Assembly: GCF_000011125.1 (NCBI RefSeq)
Contig: NC_000854.2
Span: forward strand, 270,001-302,000
Source of the DNA: Aeropyrum pernix K1
GTDB lineage: Archaea; Thermoproteota; Thermoprotei_A; Sulfolobales; Acidilobaceae
Direction of reading: 5' to 3'
Length of the DNA: 32,000 nucleotides
Position 1 is the stretch's first letter. The number at the start of each line of letters is the position of its first letter. The notes beneath the pieces were generated by a model. It made no database searches. It saw nothing but the letters and a program-made list of their open reading frames with translations, and was not told where the DNA came from. Positions 18,073 through 25,457 of this stretch are shown in pieces. The translations under genes and the position numbers were made by a program.

Positions 18073-21000
18073 TTACCTCCTACTAGCTTTCTTTTTAACC
18101 TTAAACTTCAATCCCTTGGTACTGACTAGCAGCTTGGCCACATCACGTAGCTCTAGCTCTCCTTCGGGACTATACTCTATGTCGACAAGAGCACTCGCCT
18201 CTTTCATGTTTCGCAGTATGCTGTTTATGGGACTCCATAGTAGCTCGAAAACTTTAGGATCTGTAGTATCGACATTGAAACTTACGCTAACAGCCTTACC
18301 CGATACTGACAAGGAACCCCTTATTTTACCGGGATAAACTTTCGCAACCCTAGTTATGCTTGGCAAACCTACGACATCATTCACTCTGATACTTACAAGC
18401 TTAGCGTCCTCCTCTACCGCTTCACCCTCTTCTCCTATAGTTATCTCTTCCTCTATCCACTCTCCCTTAACAGAAACGCTTATTATTCTAGAATCCAGTA
18501 TGCTCCCGTTACCATACACTTCAACTTTGATACGGTAGTTCCCAGCCCTTCCAGCCTTCAACCTAAACTTGATAGGGAGAGGAGACTTGCCTTTGAACTC
18601 ACTAGGCTCTACGCTAAGCCCCTCATCCGGCTGAAGCTTTACTAGGAATTCGTTTTCATAGTTCTTTACGATGACTTCACCTGCAACTTCGTATTCTTTA
18701 TCTTCCAGTATATCATCTGGGAGCTCGTAATTCAACTCCACGAGGTATTTCTTCTCCTCGTAGAAGAGTTTCCCAGATTTTATCACGTTTTTGACATCGA
18801 ATTTAATATCCCTTATATCGAATACTTGACCGCTCCTATCCTTAACCTTGATAATCTTGTCGCTAGGGATGGACTCAGTTTCCCTTATTAACCACTCGTC
18901 GAAAACCTTCTCCCAGTAAACAAGCTCTACATCGTCCCACGAAGCTTTAATCCTGGTTAAATGCTCTCTTACTTTTTCAAGGAGTTTATTCCCTTCATCC
19001 AGAGCGTCTGCCTCCTCTTTGCTCTTAAAGATTGGCTTCCAAAGAAGCTTTCCCTTCACCCTGATAGCGTAATCTAAGCTTTTGACTAGGTCTTCAACCG
19101 CACCGATGAAGTCCCTGTATCTGATTATAGGTACGTTAGCCTTATCCGTGCTAAGTATGAAGTTCCAGAGTTCACCAACTTTTATCGGCTCCTCCTTTGG
19201 GTTTTTACCGAGATAGTCCTTAACTATGGATATTATGTTTTCACCCTTGAACTCATATGGAATTAGCTCTTTCTCCCTCAGGAACTCCTCTACTAATGGG
19301 AGAATTGGCTTGTCCGATTCTAATGACAGCCCTTCCTCGAAGCGTATCTGCCCAAGCCTATAGTAGTAGACTTTACGATAGCATCTGTTTATCATGTTCC
19401 ATGAATGTATATAATAATAGTCTTTCTTGCTTTCGACTTTCGTCTTTAGAAGATTTAACAACTCCTTTAAATATTCCTCGTCCCCTTTAACCACTTTCTC
19501 GCCTAGGAAAGCTCTCAAGTTCTCTTCTCTTATACTCTCCGTGGCAACATAGTACTTTAATATCTCTAATAGGCTGTCCCAAACAGTCTTACCCCTAAGC
19601 CCGGCAAGCTCTCTAATACCTGCGATATCCTCGGGAGCTAGCTTCTCCTCTTCACCCATACCCTCTACATGAGGCGCTAACACAACGATGTTATTTCTCC
19701 CTTTAAGAACCTTGAACAGCTCGTCTTTAGATATTTTATCAGCGAAAACTATTAATGCGGGATCTCTAGAGTCTAGAATCTCCTTAGGTATAGTAGCAGC
19801 ATTTTTGACTACAGCGTATCCAGCGAATACTGACTCCTCCTTGTAGCCCTTCGGAGGCCTTCCCCTCCCCCTCCTACCTATTAATCCCGATTCTAGAAGT
19901 TCTGCCAGCTTGTTTTTAGCCATCTCATCAGTAACATTCTTCTTCAATATCTCGATTAGCTCCTCAACAGAAGGTATGATTGTGAAGAACCATTTTGCAC
20001 TATCGCTTTCCGGGTCGCCGTGAACTATTAATTGGGGTAAAACACTCCTTAAAATGCCTAGAACACCCTTGGCGTCCTGCTCCGTCGGTGATACCGAGTA
20101 TATGAGATCTGCTGTAGTCGGGAACTCGCCCATGTTCATAGGTAGACCTAAGCCTACGAGGCTGTGCAACCATATGTTAGAAGCTAGTTTGAGGCCCAGC
20201 TTCGCTTCGTCTTCCTTGAGGCTCTTTAGCGCCCTTGACATAACCCTCTCATAGAACTCCTCTTTACTCAGCTTCTTCAGATTACCGAGGTTTTCGGGTA
20301 CTACCACGTTGCTTCTAAGTATTAAGTAGAATACTCTGTATTCATCAGGAGCGTTTCTTAGTATGGTTTCATCCAACACCTCACTTACAAACAACGGTAT
20401 GTGGTGCGGCATTATCAGATTTATTTCATCCTCAAGGGCGTCGAACAACCCTTCCTTCAAAGCCAATACTGTTTGAACAGCAATTTTAATCGCATCCCTA
20501 GTCCTCTGAAGGTACGGGAGCCTATAGGCTAGCTTCTCAAGTACGTTAAGAAACATGGGATGGAACGGGTAAGTCTCCTCAGCCTCCCTCCAGAAGCTCC
20601 TGTCGTCGAGGATCCTCCTAACCTGTGCTGGATACTCCCTATTAAACTCTCTGGAAACCAGCTCGTTAAAGAACTTCTTCAGCTCATTCTTCTTATGCGC
20701 GAATATCCTCTTCCTAAGTATCTCAGCTAGATCACGCCTTCCAACAGGCTTTATTATCTCCACGCTCGGCCTACTCAGAACCTCGTTAATTGCCCGTATT
20801 AATTCGGGTCTATGCACATACTCCATACCAGCTTTGGCTTCAGCCCCCCCTCCTCTAACCTCATAAGGTATGGATATTACTACTGCGACCTCGCTAACGT
20901 TGTACTTGCTTAGAGCCTCAGCTAGATTCATAAGAAACGCTGAAATCTTAGTGGGCTCTAGCCCACTCTGATCATAATATCTGCCAATCTCGTCTATCAG

Positions 21001-21639
21001 TACTAATGCTCTACTCCCGTTCAACAATTTAGACACGTCATCGGCATAGGGTGCTGTCTCCCTTTCGTCAGAGATTTTCACAATATCGTATCTACCAAGC
21101 TCATAGCCTAGATAGCCCCACAGCGTTTTGACCCTCCTACCACCAATCTCAATCGGCCTAACAGGGCTTGGAGCTAGATCACTATACTTGCAGTCTATGA
21201 CAACTAGGTTGAGGGACATATTCTTAATTAAATCCCAGTTCCCATCGACAAAGTCAGCTATATCGTTGTCGAGTATCCTCAGCTTGGATATAACGCTCTC
21301 TTTATCGTGTGAATCTCTAACAAGCTTAAACACATGGTATAGGAGTATGAGCGAGTGTGTTTTCCCTCCACCCAGGTCTGAGGGTAGGAGAATCAGGTTG
21401 CTTGAAACCGTGTAACGTTTGCCACCTATGGTTTCGGCTTTAAGACCTAGCAGATTCATAAACGCCTTTATGACCAGCTCCTTCATAGAGTCTGTTAAGT
21501 GTGTTCTGCTGAAGAACTCTGCCGGATCCTGGATGAATATAGGGGCGTTTCCCTTTACTAAATCACCTAAGTCAACGGCGGGCTCGTACCTTAAATTCTT
21601 TACTTCATCCCTTACCCTCAGGCTCCTTACATCAACCAT
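18073..21639 (-). CDS. Large P-loop NTPase, DUF499/BrxC(PglY)-like
   Basis: 1188 aa. Walker A SDLGGGKTHS (aa 87-96), Walker B ALVLIDEIGRYY (aa 211-222). Long helical middle region and a beta-rich C-terminal region (YEVAGEVIVKNYENEFLVKLQPDEGLSVEP...YRIKVEVYGNGSILDSRIISVSVKGE). ATG start 3 nt after the methyltransferase stop, preceded by gagggag. Confidence 0.85.
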   Translation of the reverse strand: MVDVRSLRVRDEVKNLRYEPAVDLGDLVKGNAPIFIQDPAEFFSRTHLTDSMKELVIKAFMNLLGLKAETIGGKRYTVSSNLILLPSDLGGGKTHSLILLYHVFKLVRDSHDKESVISKLRILDNDIADFVDGNWDLIKNMSLNLVVIDCKYSDLAPSPVRPIEIGGRRVKTLWGYLGYELGRYDIVKISDERETAPYADDVSKLLNGSRALVLIDEIGRYYDQSGLEPTKISAFLMNLAEALSKYNVSEVAVVISIPYEVRGGGAEAKAGMEYVHRPELIRAINEVLSRPSVEIIKPVGRRDLAEILRKRIFAHKKNELKKFFNELVSREFNREYPAQVRRILDDRSFWREAEETYPFHPMFLNVLEKLAYRLPYLQRTRDAIKIAVQTVLALKEGLFDALEDEINLIMPHHIPLFVSEVLDETILRNAPDEYRVFYLILRSNVVVPENLGNLKKLSKEEFYERVMSRALKSLKEDEAKLGLKLASNIWLHSLVGLGLPMNMGEFPTTADLIYSVSPTEQDAKGVLGILRSVLPQLIVHGDPESDSAKWFFTIIPSVEELIEILKKNVTDEMAKNKLAELLESGLIGRRGRGRPPKGYKEESVFAGYAVVKNAATIPKEILDSRDPALIVFADKISKDELFKVLKGRNNIVVLAPHVEGMGEEEKLAPEDIAGIRELAGLRGKTVWDSLLEILKYYVATESIREENLRAFLGEKVVKGDEEYLKELLNLLKTKVESKKDYYYIHSWNMINRCYRKVYYYRLGQIRFEEGLSLESDKPILPLVEEFLREKELIPYEFKGENIISIVKDYLGKNPKEEPIKVGELWNFILSTDKANVPIIRYRDFIGAVEDLVKSLDYAIRVKGKLLWKPIFKSKEEADALDEGNKLLEKVREHLTRIKASWDDVELVYWEKVFDEWLIRETESIPSDKIIKVKDRSGQVFDIRDIKFDVKNVIKSGKLFYEEKKYLVELNYELPDDILEDKEYEVAGEVIVKNYENEFLVKLQPDEGLSVEPSEFKGKSPLPIKFRLKAGRAGNYRIKVEVYGNGSILDSRIISVSVKGEWIEEEITIGEEGEAVEEDAKLVSIRVNDVVGLPSITRVAKVYPGKIRGSLSVSGKAVSVSFNVDTTDPKVFELLWSPINSILRNMKEASALVDIEYSPEGELELRDVAKLLVSTKGLKFKVKKKASRR

Positions 21640-21642
21640 AGT

Positions 21643-24600
21643 TTACACTCCCTCAATATAGTCTCTAACCAGCTTCGCCAAATTAGTTTCAGGATCGCTG
21701 GGATAGCTGCTTATAACCTTCGCTACCTCGACAGCCTCCCTAACCTGTTTGGGGTACTTACTGTATAGGATCTGATACGTTGTTTTAAACTCCGACCTAC
21801 CCTGTTTAGCATAGTACTCGAGCAGGTGGAGAGCATCGATAGAATTGAAACTTCTCCTCTCAGCATCCATCTTTATCGGGTTAACGCCTCTCACGCCAAG
21901 CAGCTTCTTAAGCTCCTCAATAGTGGAGTCTAGTGGTTCGAGCAAGGCGAACGCCTTTTGCTTAGCGACATTAGCGCCTTTAACCTCCTCGGCAGACTTT
22001 ATGATCCCGGCGTTCACAAACGTCTTGTAACCCTCCTTTTCCGGTCTTTCCACACTCCTTAAGAAGCCGTAGGAGAGAATTATGACGTCGTGGCTTGACA
22101 GAACTATAGGCTCTGCAGGGGCACTAGACAGTGTTGTCTGCCCCCCCGGCCTAGAGTAGCGCCTGAAGATGGCTTTAGAGGCAAGGTAAAATAGCGCTTC
22201 CGGAGACCTTATCGTCTCTGTAGCATTGGCTATGACCCTAGTGGCTATAGCGTAAGACTCCCTAACAACATCCCTCGATGTAAGCCCCCTACCAAAGTGG
22301 ACCACCCTATCGTAGGATGTGAACGTTGAGAGAGCTCCAAGCATCGTAGACAAGAACATATCGCTATCCGTCAGACCGGATTTAAACGCCTCATCCCTAG
22401 CCCTCCTAGCGTTCTCCAAAGCCTCTCTATACACATCAACATACTCGCCAACTCTTCCACCATCCTTACCCCTTTTCCTCCAGACAACAACGATGCTGGA
22501 CTCTAGAGCAGTCTTACCCCTAGCCGTAACCCTCTGCGGAGACTCAGTAGCGAAAGCCCACGCCCTAGTAACCCTTAAACCGGCTCTCCGCCACCCGGCC
22601 TCTACAAGCTCAATCCAAGCCTCTGGACTAGAGTGAGCAAAGTAAGTAACAATTAACCCATCATCCTTTAGAAGCTCTGACAGCCTCTTAAAGGCCATAC
22701 CCATAAGCCTCTCATAATAGTCCTCAGCCTCTCTAACCCCGAAGTACCTTAGTCTACCCTCATTATAGCTAATCTCATTTAATGCAAAACCCTCCCATTG
22801 AGTATTGGACACTAATGCATCACTATGGAACCTAAGAGCCAAGCCATCCCCACTTAAAGACCTCTTCAGCCAAACATAGTAGAAATCACTAAGCTCAGCA
22901 TAAGGTACATCATCCCTATAAGGCGGGTCAGTAACAATAACATCAAACCTCTCACCCTCTAGCTTACTAAGCACGGTAGCATCGTCAAGCAAAACCCTAA
23001 CCCTACCAGAACTACCAGAAACAGCAGAAACAAGATACAACAGAGCATCTACGACTGTCTCCACGCTATCGAAATAGTTATATGATATATCCTCGTGTGC
23101 TAGCCATGTATCACCCCAATTCCATGTCATTGCAATCCCGCGTGTAGACAAGCTATCTTGAACTTTATTGAGAACCCAGGAATCCGGCTTCCATCTTGTA
23201 ACAAGGCTATTATAGGTCATCGAGCGTAGAAATGCTATTGCTAAGTATGTTGTTATTGCTTCTGCGTATTTGTGGGCTTCTTCCCTGCTCCACCCTTCTC
23301 TCAGCTTCTCCTCCTCGATTCTCTTGCCTGTTTCTCGTATTAGTTTGACGAGTTTGACTAGGGTTAGGAGCTGGCGTGGGTTGAATAGCTTGAACCACTT
23401 ATCATTACCCCATGTGTAAGTCATCAAATTTCTATTATCATAGCTTGGTATTGGTTCTGTTGGTATGTCTGGGTCTCCCCATAGTTGTCTTAGTTTTTCT
23501 AGCGCTTTCCACAGCTTCTCGTCGTCCCGGTCCGTTGCCGGCTCGAACTTTAGGTCTTTGTTTGCTATCTTTACTTTGACTAGTAGTCTTGGTCTTGCTA
23601 GTGAGTTTCTCAGCTCCTCTAAAGCTATTCCTCCTTCAAGGTATTCTTCCAGCTTCTTATTCCAGTCCTTTAAAGCATGTTTTGGATAGAATTCTAATCT
23701 GCTCCTGATCAGGGTGTTGGCAACCTCGTTTTTAGTTCTGTAGGTCCTGCCCGTCCTTGGGTCTATATATGTTATTCTGCTACCGCATAGTAGGCATTCC
23801 GCTAGCTCGGGTCTACCGGCGACGTTAGGCGATGGTGACCCGCCTGTCTTGCCCTCGATTATCTTGATACCGATTTTATTCCCTTCCGTCTCGGGTTTCA
23901 TGTACGCATACCTCTTCCCTTTAACCTTGGCCAGCCACCAGTTGCCGACTAGTGGTGTATACCTGCCGCAGACGGGGCATTTGACTTCCCAAGTTCCAAT
24001 GTATACTGCTGCATCTTCGTCGTAAAGCTCTTTAATGTCAGGGTCTTCTCCAAGCCTCTTGGTAATCCATCTACCCCACCTGGCAACATCGTAGATCAAG
24101 GCTGGTATCTCGTAGGTTTTCCCGTCAAATATGCTCTTTTCCCTGATAAACCCGCTAACAGCTTTGTCAAGCTCTAATTCTCTAATTTCCCTTCCTAGTA
24201 CCCTGACCCTCGCTTCTGAATACTCCTTCGGATACTCAAGCATGGCTTTTAGGAATATGTAGGCTGTCGGCAGAAACTCTACGGCAACAACCTCGCCTAC
24301 ACCAAGCCTGATAGCCTCGAGGGGTATCGAGCCAAAGCCGGCGAAGGGATCCAACAGTTTAGCCTGCTTAAACCTCTCCTTCACACCACGAGGTAGAATA
24401 GGATTAAGCCTGTGAGGCACTTTACCAGCAATTAACCTCAACTCGCTCAGGAAGCCAGTCTTATCATAATCTCCGGGCAATAATGCCCCAGCTATTACAG
24501 CTCTAGCACCCGCCAGCGGCTTCCTAGTCCACCAGAACACCATCTCCCAGTAGGGCGGGCGGCCGCCACCCTGTTTCTCCCTGGCAGAAACCTCGTTGAT

Positions 24601-24666
24601 CAAGCTAATAGGGAATCTCGAGGTCTCTATAAACCTCTTATCCTCCCCACTAGCCACGTCTCCCAC
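21643..24666 (-). CDS. DNA methyltransferase (N6-A/N4-C type) with an inserted Zn-ribbon, DUF1156-like
   Basis: 1007 aa with a GTG start. N-terminal FPISLINEVSAREK...WWTRKPLAGARAVI. SAM motif I LLDPFAGFGSIP (aa 104-115, nt 24322-24357). CxxC...CxxC: CPVCG at aa 230 and CLLCG at aa 291. Catalytic motif IV VIVTDPPY (DPPY at nt 22918-22929). About 420 aa of C-terminal extension of unknown function. Confidence 0.9.
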   Translation of the reverse strand: MGDVASGEDKRFIETSRFPISLINEVSAREKQGGGRPPYWEMVFWWTRKPLAGARAVIAGALLPGDYDKTGFLSELRLIAGKVPHRLNPILPRGVKERFKQAKLLDPFAGFGSIPLEAIRLGVGEVVAVEFLPTAYIFLKAMLEYPKEYSEARVRVLGREIRELELDKAVSGFIREKSIFDGKTYEIPALIYDVARWGRWITKRLGEDPDIKELYDEDAAVYIGTWEVKCPVCGRYTPLVGNWWLAKVKGKRYAYMKPETEGNKIGIKIIEGKTGGSPSPNVAGRPELAECLLCGSRITYIDPRTGRTYRTKNEVANTLIRSRLEFYPKHALKDWNKKLEEYLEGGIALEELRNSLARPRLLVKVKIANKDLKFEPATDRDDEKLWKALEKLRQLWGDPDIPTEPIPSYDNRNLMTYTWGNDKWFKLFNPRQLLTLVKLVKLIRETGKRIEEEKLREGWSREEAHKYAEAITTYLAIAFLRSMTYNSLVTRWKPDSWVLNKVQDSLSTRGIAMTWNWGDTWLAHEDISYNYFDSVETVVDALLYLVSAVSGSSGRVRVLLDDATVLSKLEGERFDVIVTDPPYRDDVPYAELSDFYYVWLKRSLSGDGLALRFHSDALVSNTQWEGFALNEISYNEGRLRYFGVREAEDYYERLMGMAFKRLSELLKDDGLIVTYFAHSSPEAWIELVEAGWRRAGLRVTRAWAFATESPQRVTARGKTALESSIVVVWRKRGKDGGRVGEYVDVYREALENARRARDEAFKSGLTDSDMFLSTMLGALSTFTSYDRVVHFGRGLTSRDVVRESYAIATRVIANATETIRSPEALFYLASKAIFRRYSRPGGQTTLSSAPAEPIVLSSHDVIILSYGFLRSVERPEKEGYKTFVNAGIIKSAEEVKGANVAKQKAFALLEPLDSTIEELKKLLGVRGVNPIKMDAERRSFNSIDALHLLEYYAKQGRSEFKTTYQILYSKYPKQVREAVEVAKVISSYPSDPETNLAKLVRDYIEGV

Positions 24667-25230
24667 ACCTCGACAGGAGCTGTTACGCGATGATGTCTTA
24701 CCAGTGTGACCGTGAGAATTTTCCTGCCCGCGAGAGCCAAGGAATACACCTTGTAACGCATTCCATAGCCAAAGCTATAAAAGCCCTTGTAGAGGCTTTC
24801 CCTGTAGTAACAATTTTAGGGAAAAGCACTTTCAGGCACCCTCTATCAGAGGAGGTCATTACTTTGCCCAAGACTCAACAGGCCCCCAGCAGCTCCCACA
24901 CAATCATAGGCTCTCAAGCTTATGGCTTGAAACGTTTGAGAGCATGTTTAACATACTCAGGCATAACAGGCGAGTTTTTCCTTAGCCTCACAACTAATCC
25001 CAATATCCTTCCCATACATTTCCAACCATGTATAGAAGCTGCTCCTCTGATAATGAGATGGCGCGCCTCCCGCTTAGCTTATGGGGAATCCAAAGTCTCC
25101 ACTGATCACGTCACCGTGCATTACCATCGTTCCTTATAATTTGCTCGACTGTACGAGGGTGAAACGTGCTATACAGTACTTTTCCCATTGTTTGTGCTTT
25201 AGTTTTTAATAATGATGTTAAAGATGTTTG

Positions 25231-25325
25231 TGGAGCCGCCGGCGGGATTCGAACCCGCGACCACCGGCTTACAAGGCCGGCGCTTTAGGCCCCGCGCAGG
25301 GGTCTGCCTGCTGAGCTACGGCGGC
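25231..25325 (-). tRNA. tRNA-Thr (anticodon UGU), CCA encoded, with about 19 extra nt in the D-loop region (putative non-canonical intron)
   Basis: Minus strand: GCCGCCG-TA-GCTC-AGCAGG[CAGACCCCTGCGCGGGGCC]TAAAGC-G-CCGGC-CTTGTAA-GCCGG-TGGTC-GCGGG-TTCGAAT-CCCGC-CGGCGGC-T-CCA. Acceptor, anticodon and T arms pair perfectly. The gene is 95 nt, against about 76 expected. Confidence 0.85.
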
Positions 25326-25344
25326 CCTCCCAGGTTTTGATATG

Positions 25345-25350
25345 CTTATA
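25345..25350 (-). promoter_or_regulatory. TATA-box candidate for tRNA-Thr
   Basis: On the minus strand TATAAG starts 25 nt upstream of tRNA-Thr position +1 (GGTATAAGCATATCAAAACCTGGGAGG|GCCGCCG). That spacing suits an archaeal TATA box. Confidence 0.4.
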
Positions 25351-25380
25351 CCATTGGGGTTTAAAGGGTTTGGGGCTTGT

Positions 25381-25457
25381 TGGGGGCCTGGGAGCTTTGG
25401 GGGCTGGTGCCGCCGCCGGGATTCGAACCCGGGACCTCCGGATCTCCCAGGCCCCCA
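25381..25457. repeat. 14-nt perfect inverted repeat linking the tRNA-Met intron and the inter-tRNA spacer
   Basis: tgggggcctgggag (25381-25394) is the exact reverse complement of ctcccaggccccca (25444-25457). An 8-nt core, ctcccagg, recurs at 25327-25334. Confidence 0.95.

Larger units (their letters stand above)
14151..25230. mobile_element. Horizontally acquired genomic island of about 11 kb adjoining the 3' end of tRNA-Thr; no recombinase gene detected
   Basis: Base composition changes abruptly at both edges: ...caccgggttaggt|ttataagctt on the left and ...aaagatgtttg|tggagccgcc on the right. G+C per 60-nt line inside: 20/60 (15001), 20/60 (23401), 26/60 (19021). Outside: 37/60 (9001) and 42/60 (2881). 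The right edge coincides with the CCA end of a tRNA gene. The cargo is a single four-gene operon. Confidence 0.8.

Noticed and set aside
14391-24666. Classifying the cassette as BREX, DISARM, or a type I or type III restriction-modification system.
   Set aside because: - No PglZ phosphatase, BrxA, BrxB or BrxL, so it is not BREX.
- No DUF1998 or PLD-nuclease genes, so it is not DISARM.
- No HsdS or HsdR architecture, and the methyltransferase lacks a Res partner of the type III kind.
- The gene set is therefore left as a separate, unclassified system.
24690-25139. 149-aa plus-strand ORF between the methyltransferase gene and tRNA-Thr.
   Set aside because: It has no recognisable motif and an odd composition. 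It runs divergently into the operon promoter region with no upstream space of its own. I treat it as non-coding until shown otherwise.
24960-25190. Possible decayed integrase on the minus strand (FYTWLEMYGKDIGISCEAKEKLACY resembles the F-Y-x-[YW]-L...GIS..(T)AK stretch of SSV-type integrases). In addition, the antisense translation of the tRNA-Thr T-arm (EPPAGFEPATTG) resembles the att-encoded DPPGFEPGTSG of the SSV1 integrase.
   Set aside because: - The candidate frame has about 7 stops in about 175 codons, close to random expectation for this composition.
- The region is far too short for an integrase.
- The EPPAGFEP similarity is a trivial consequence of any tRNA T-arm being read antisense.
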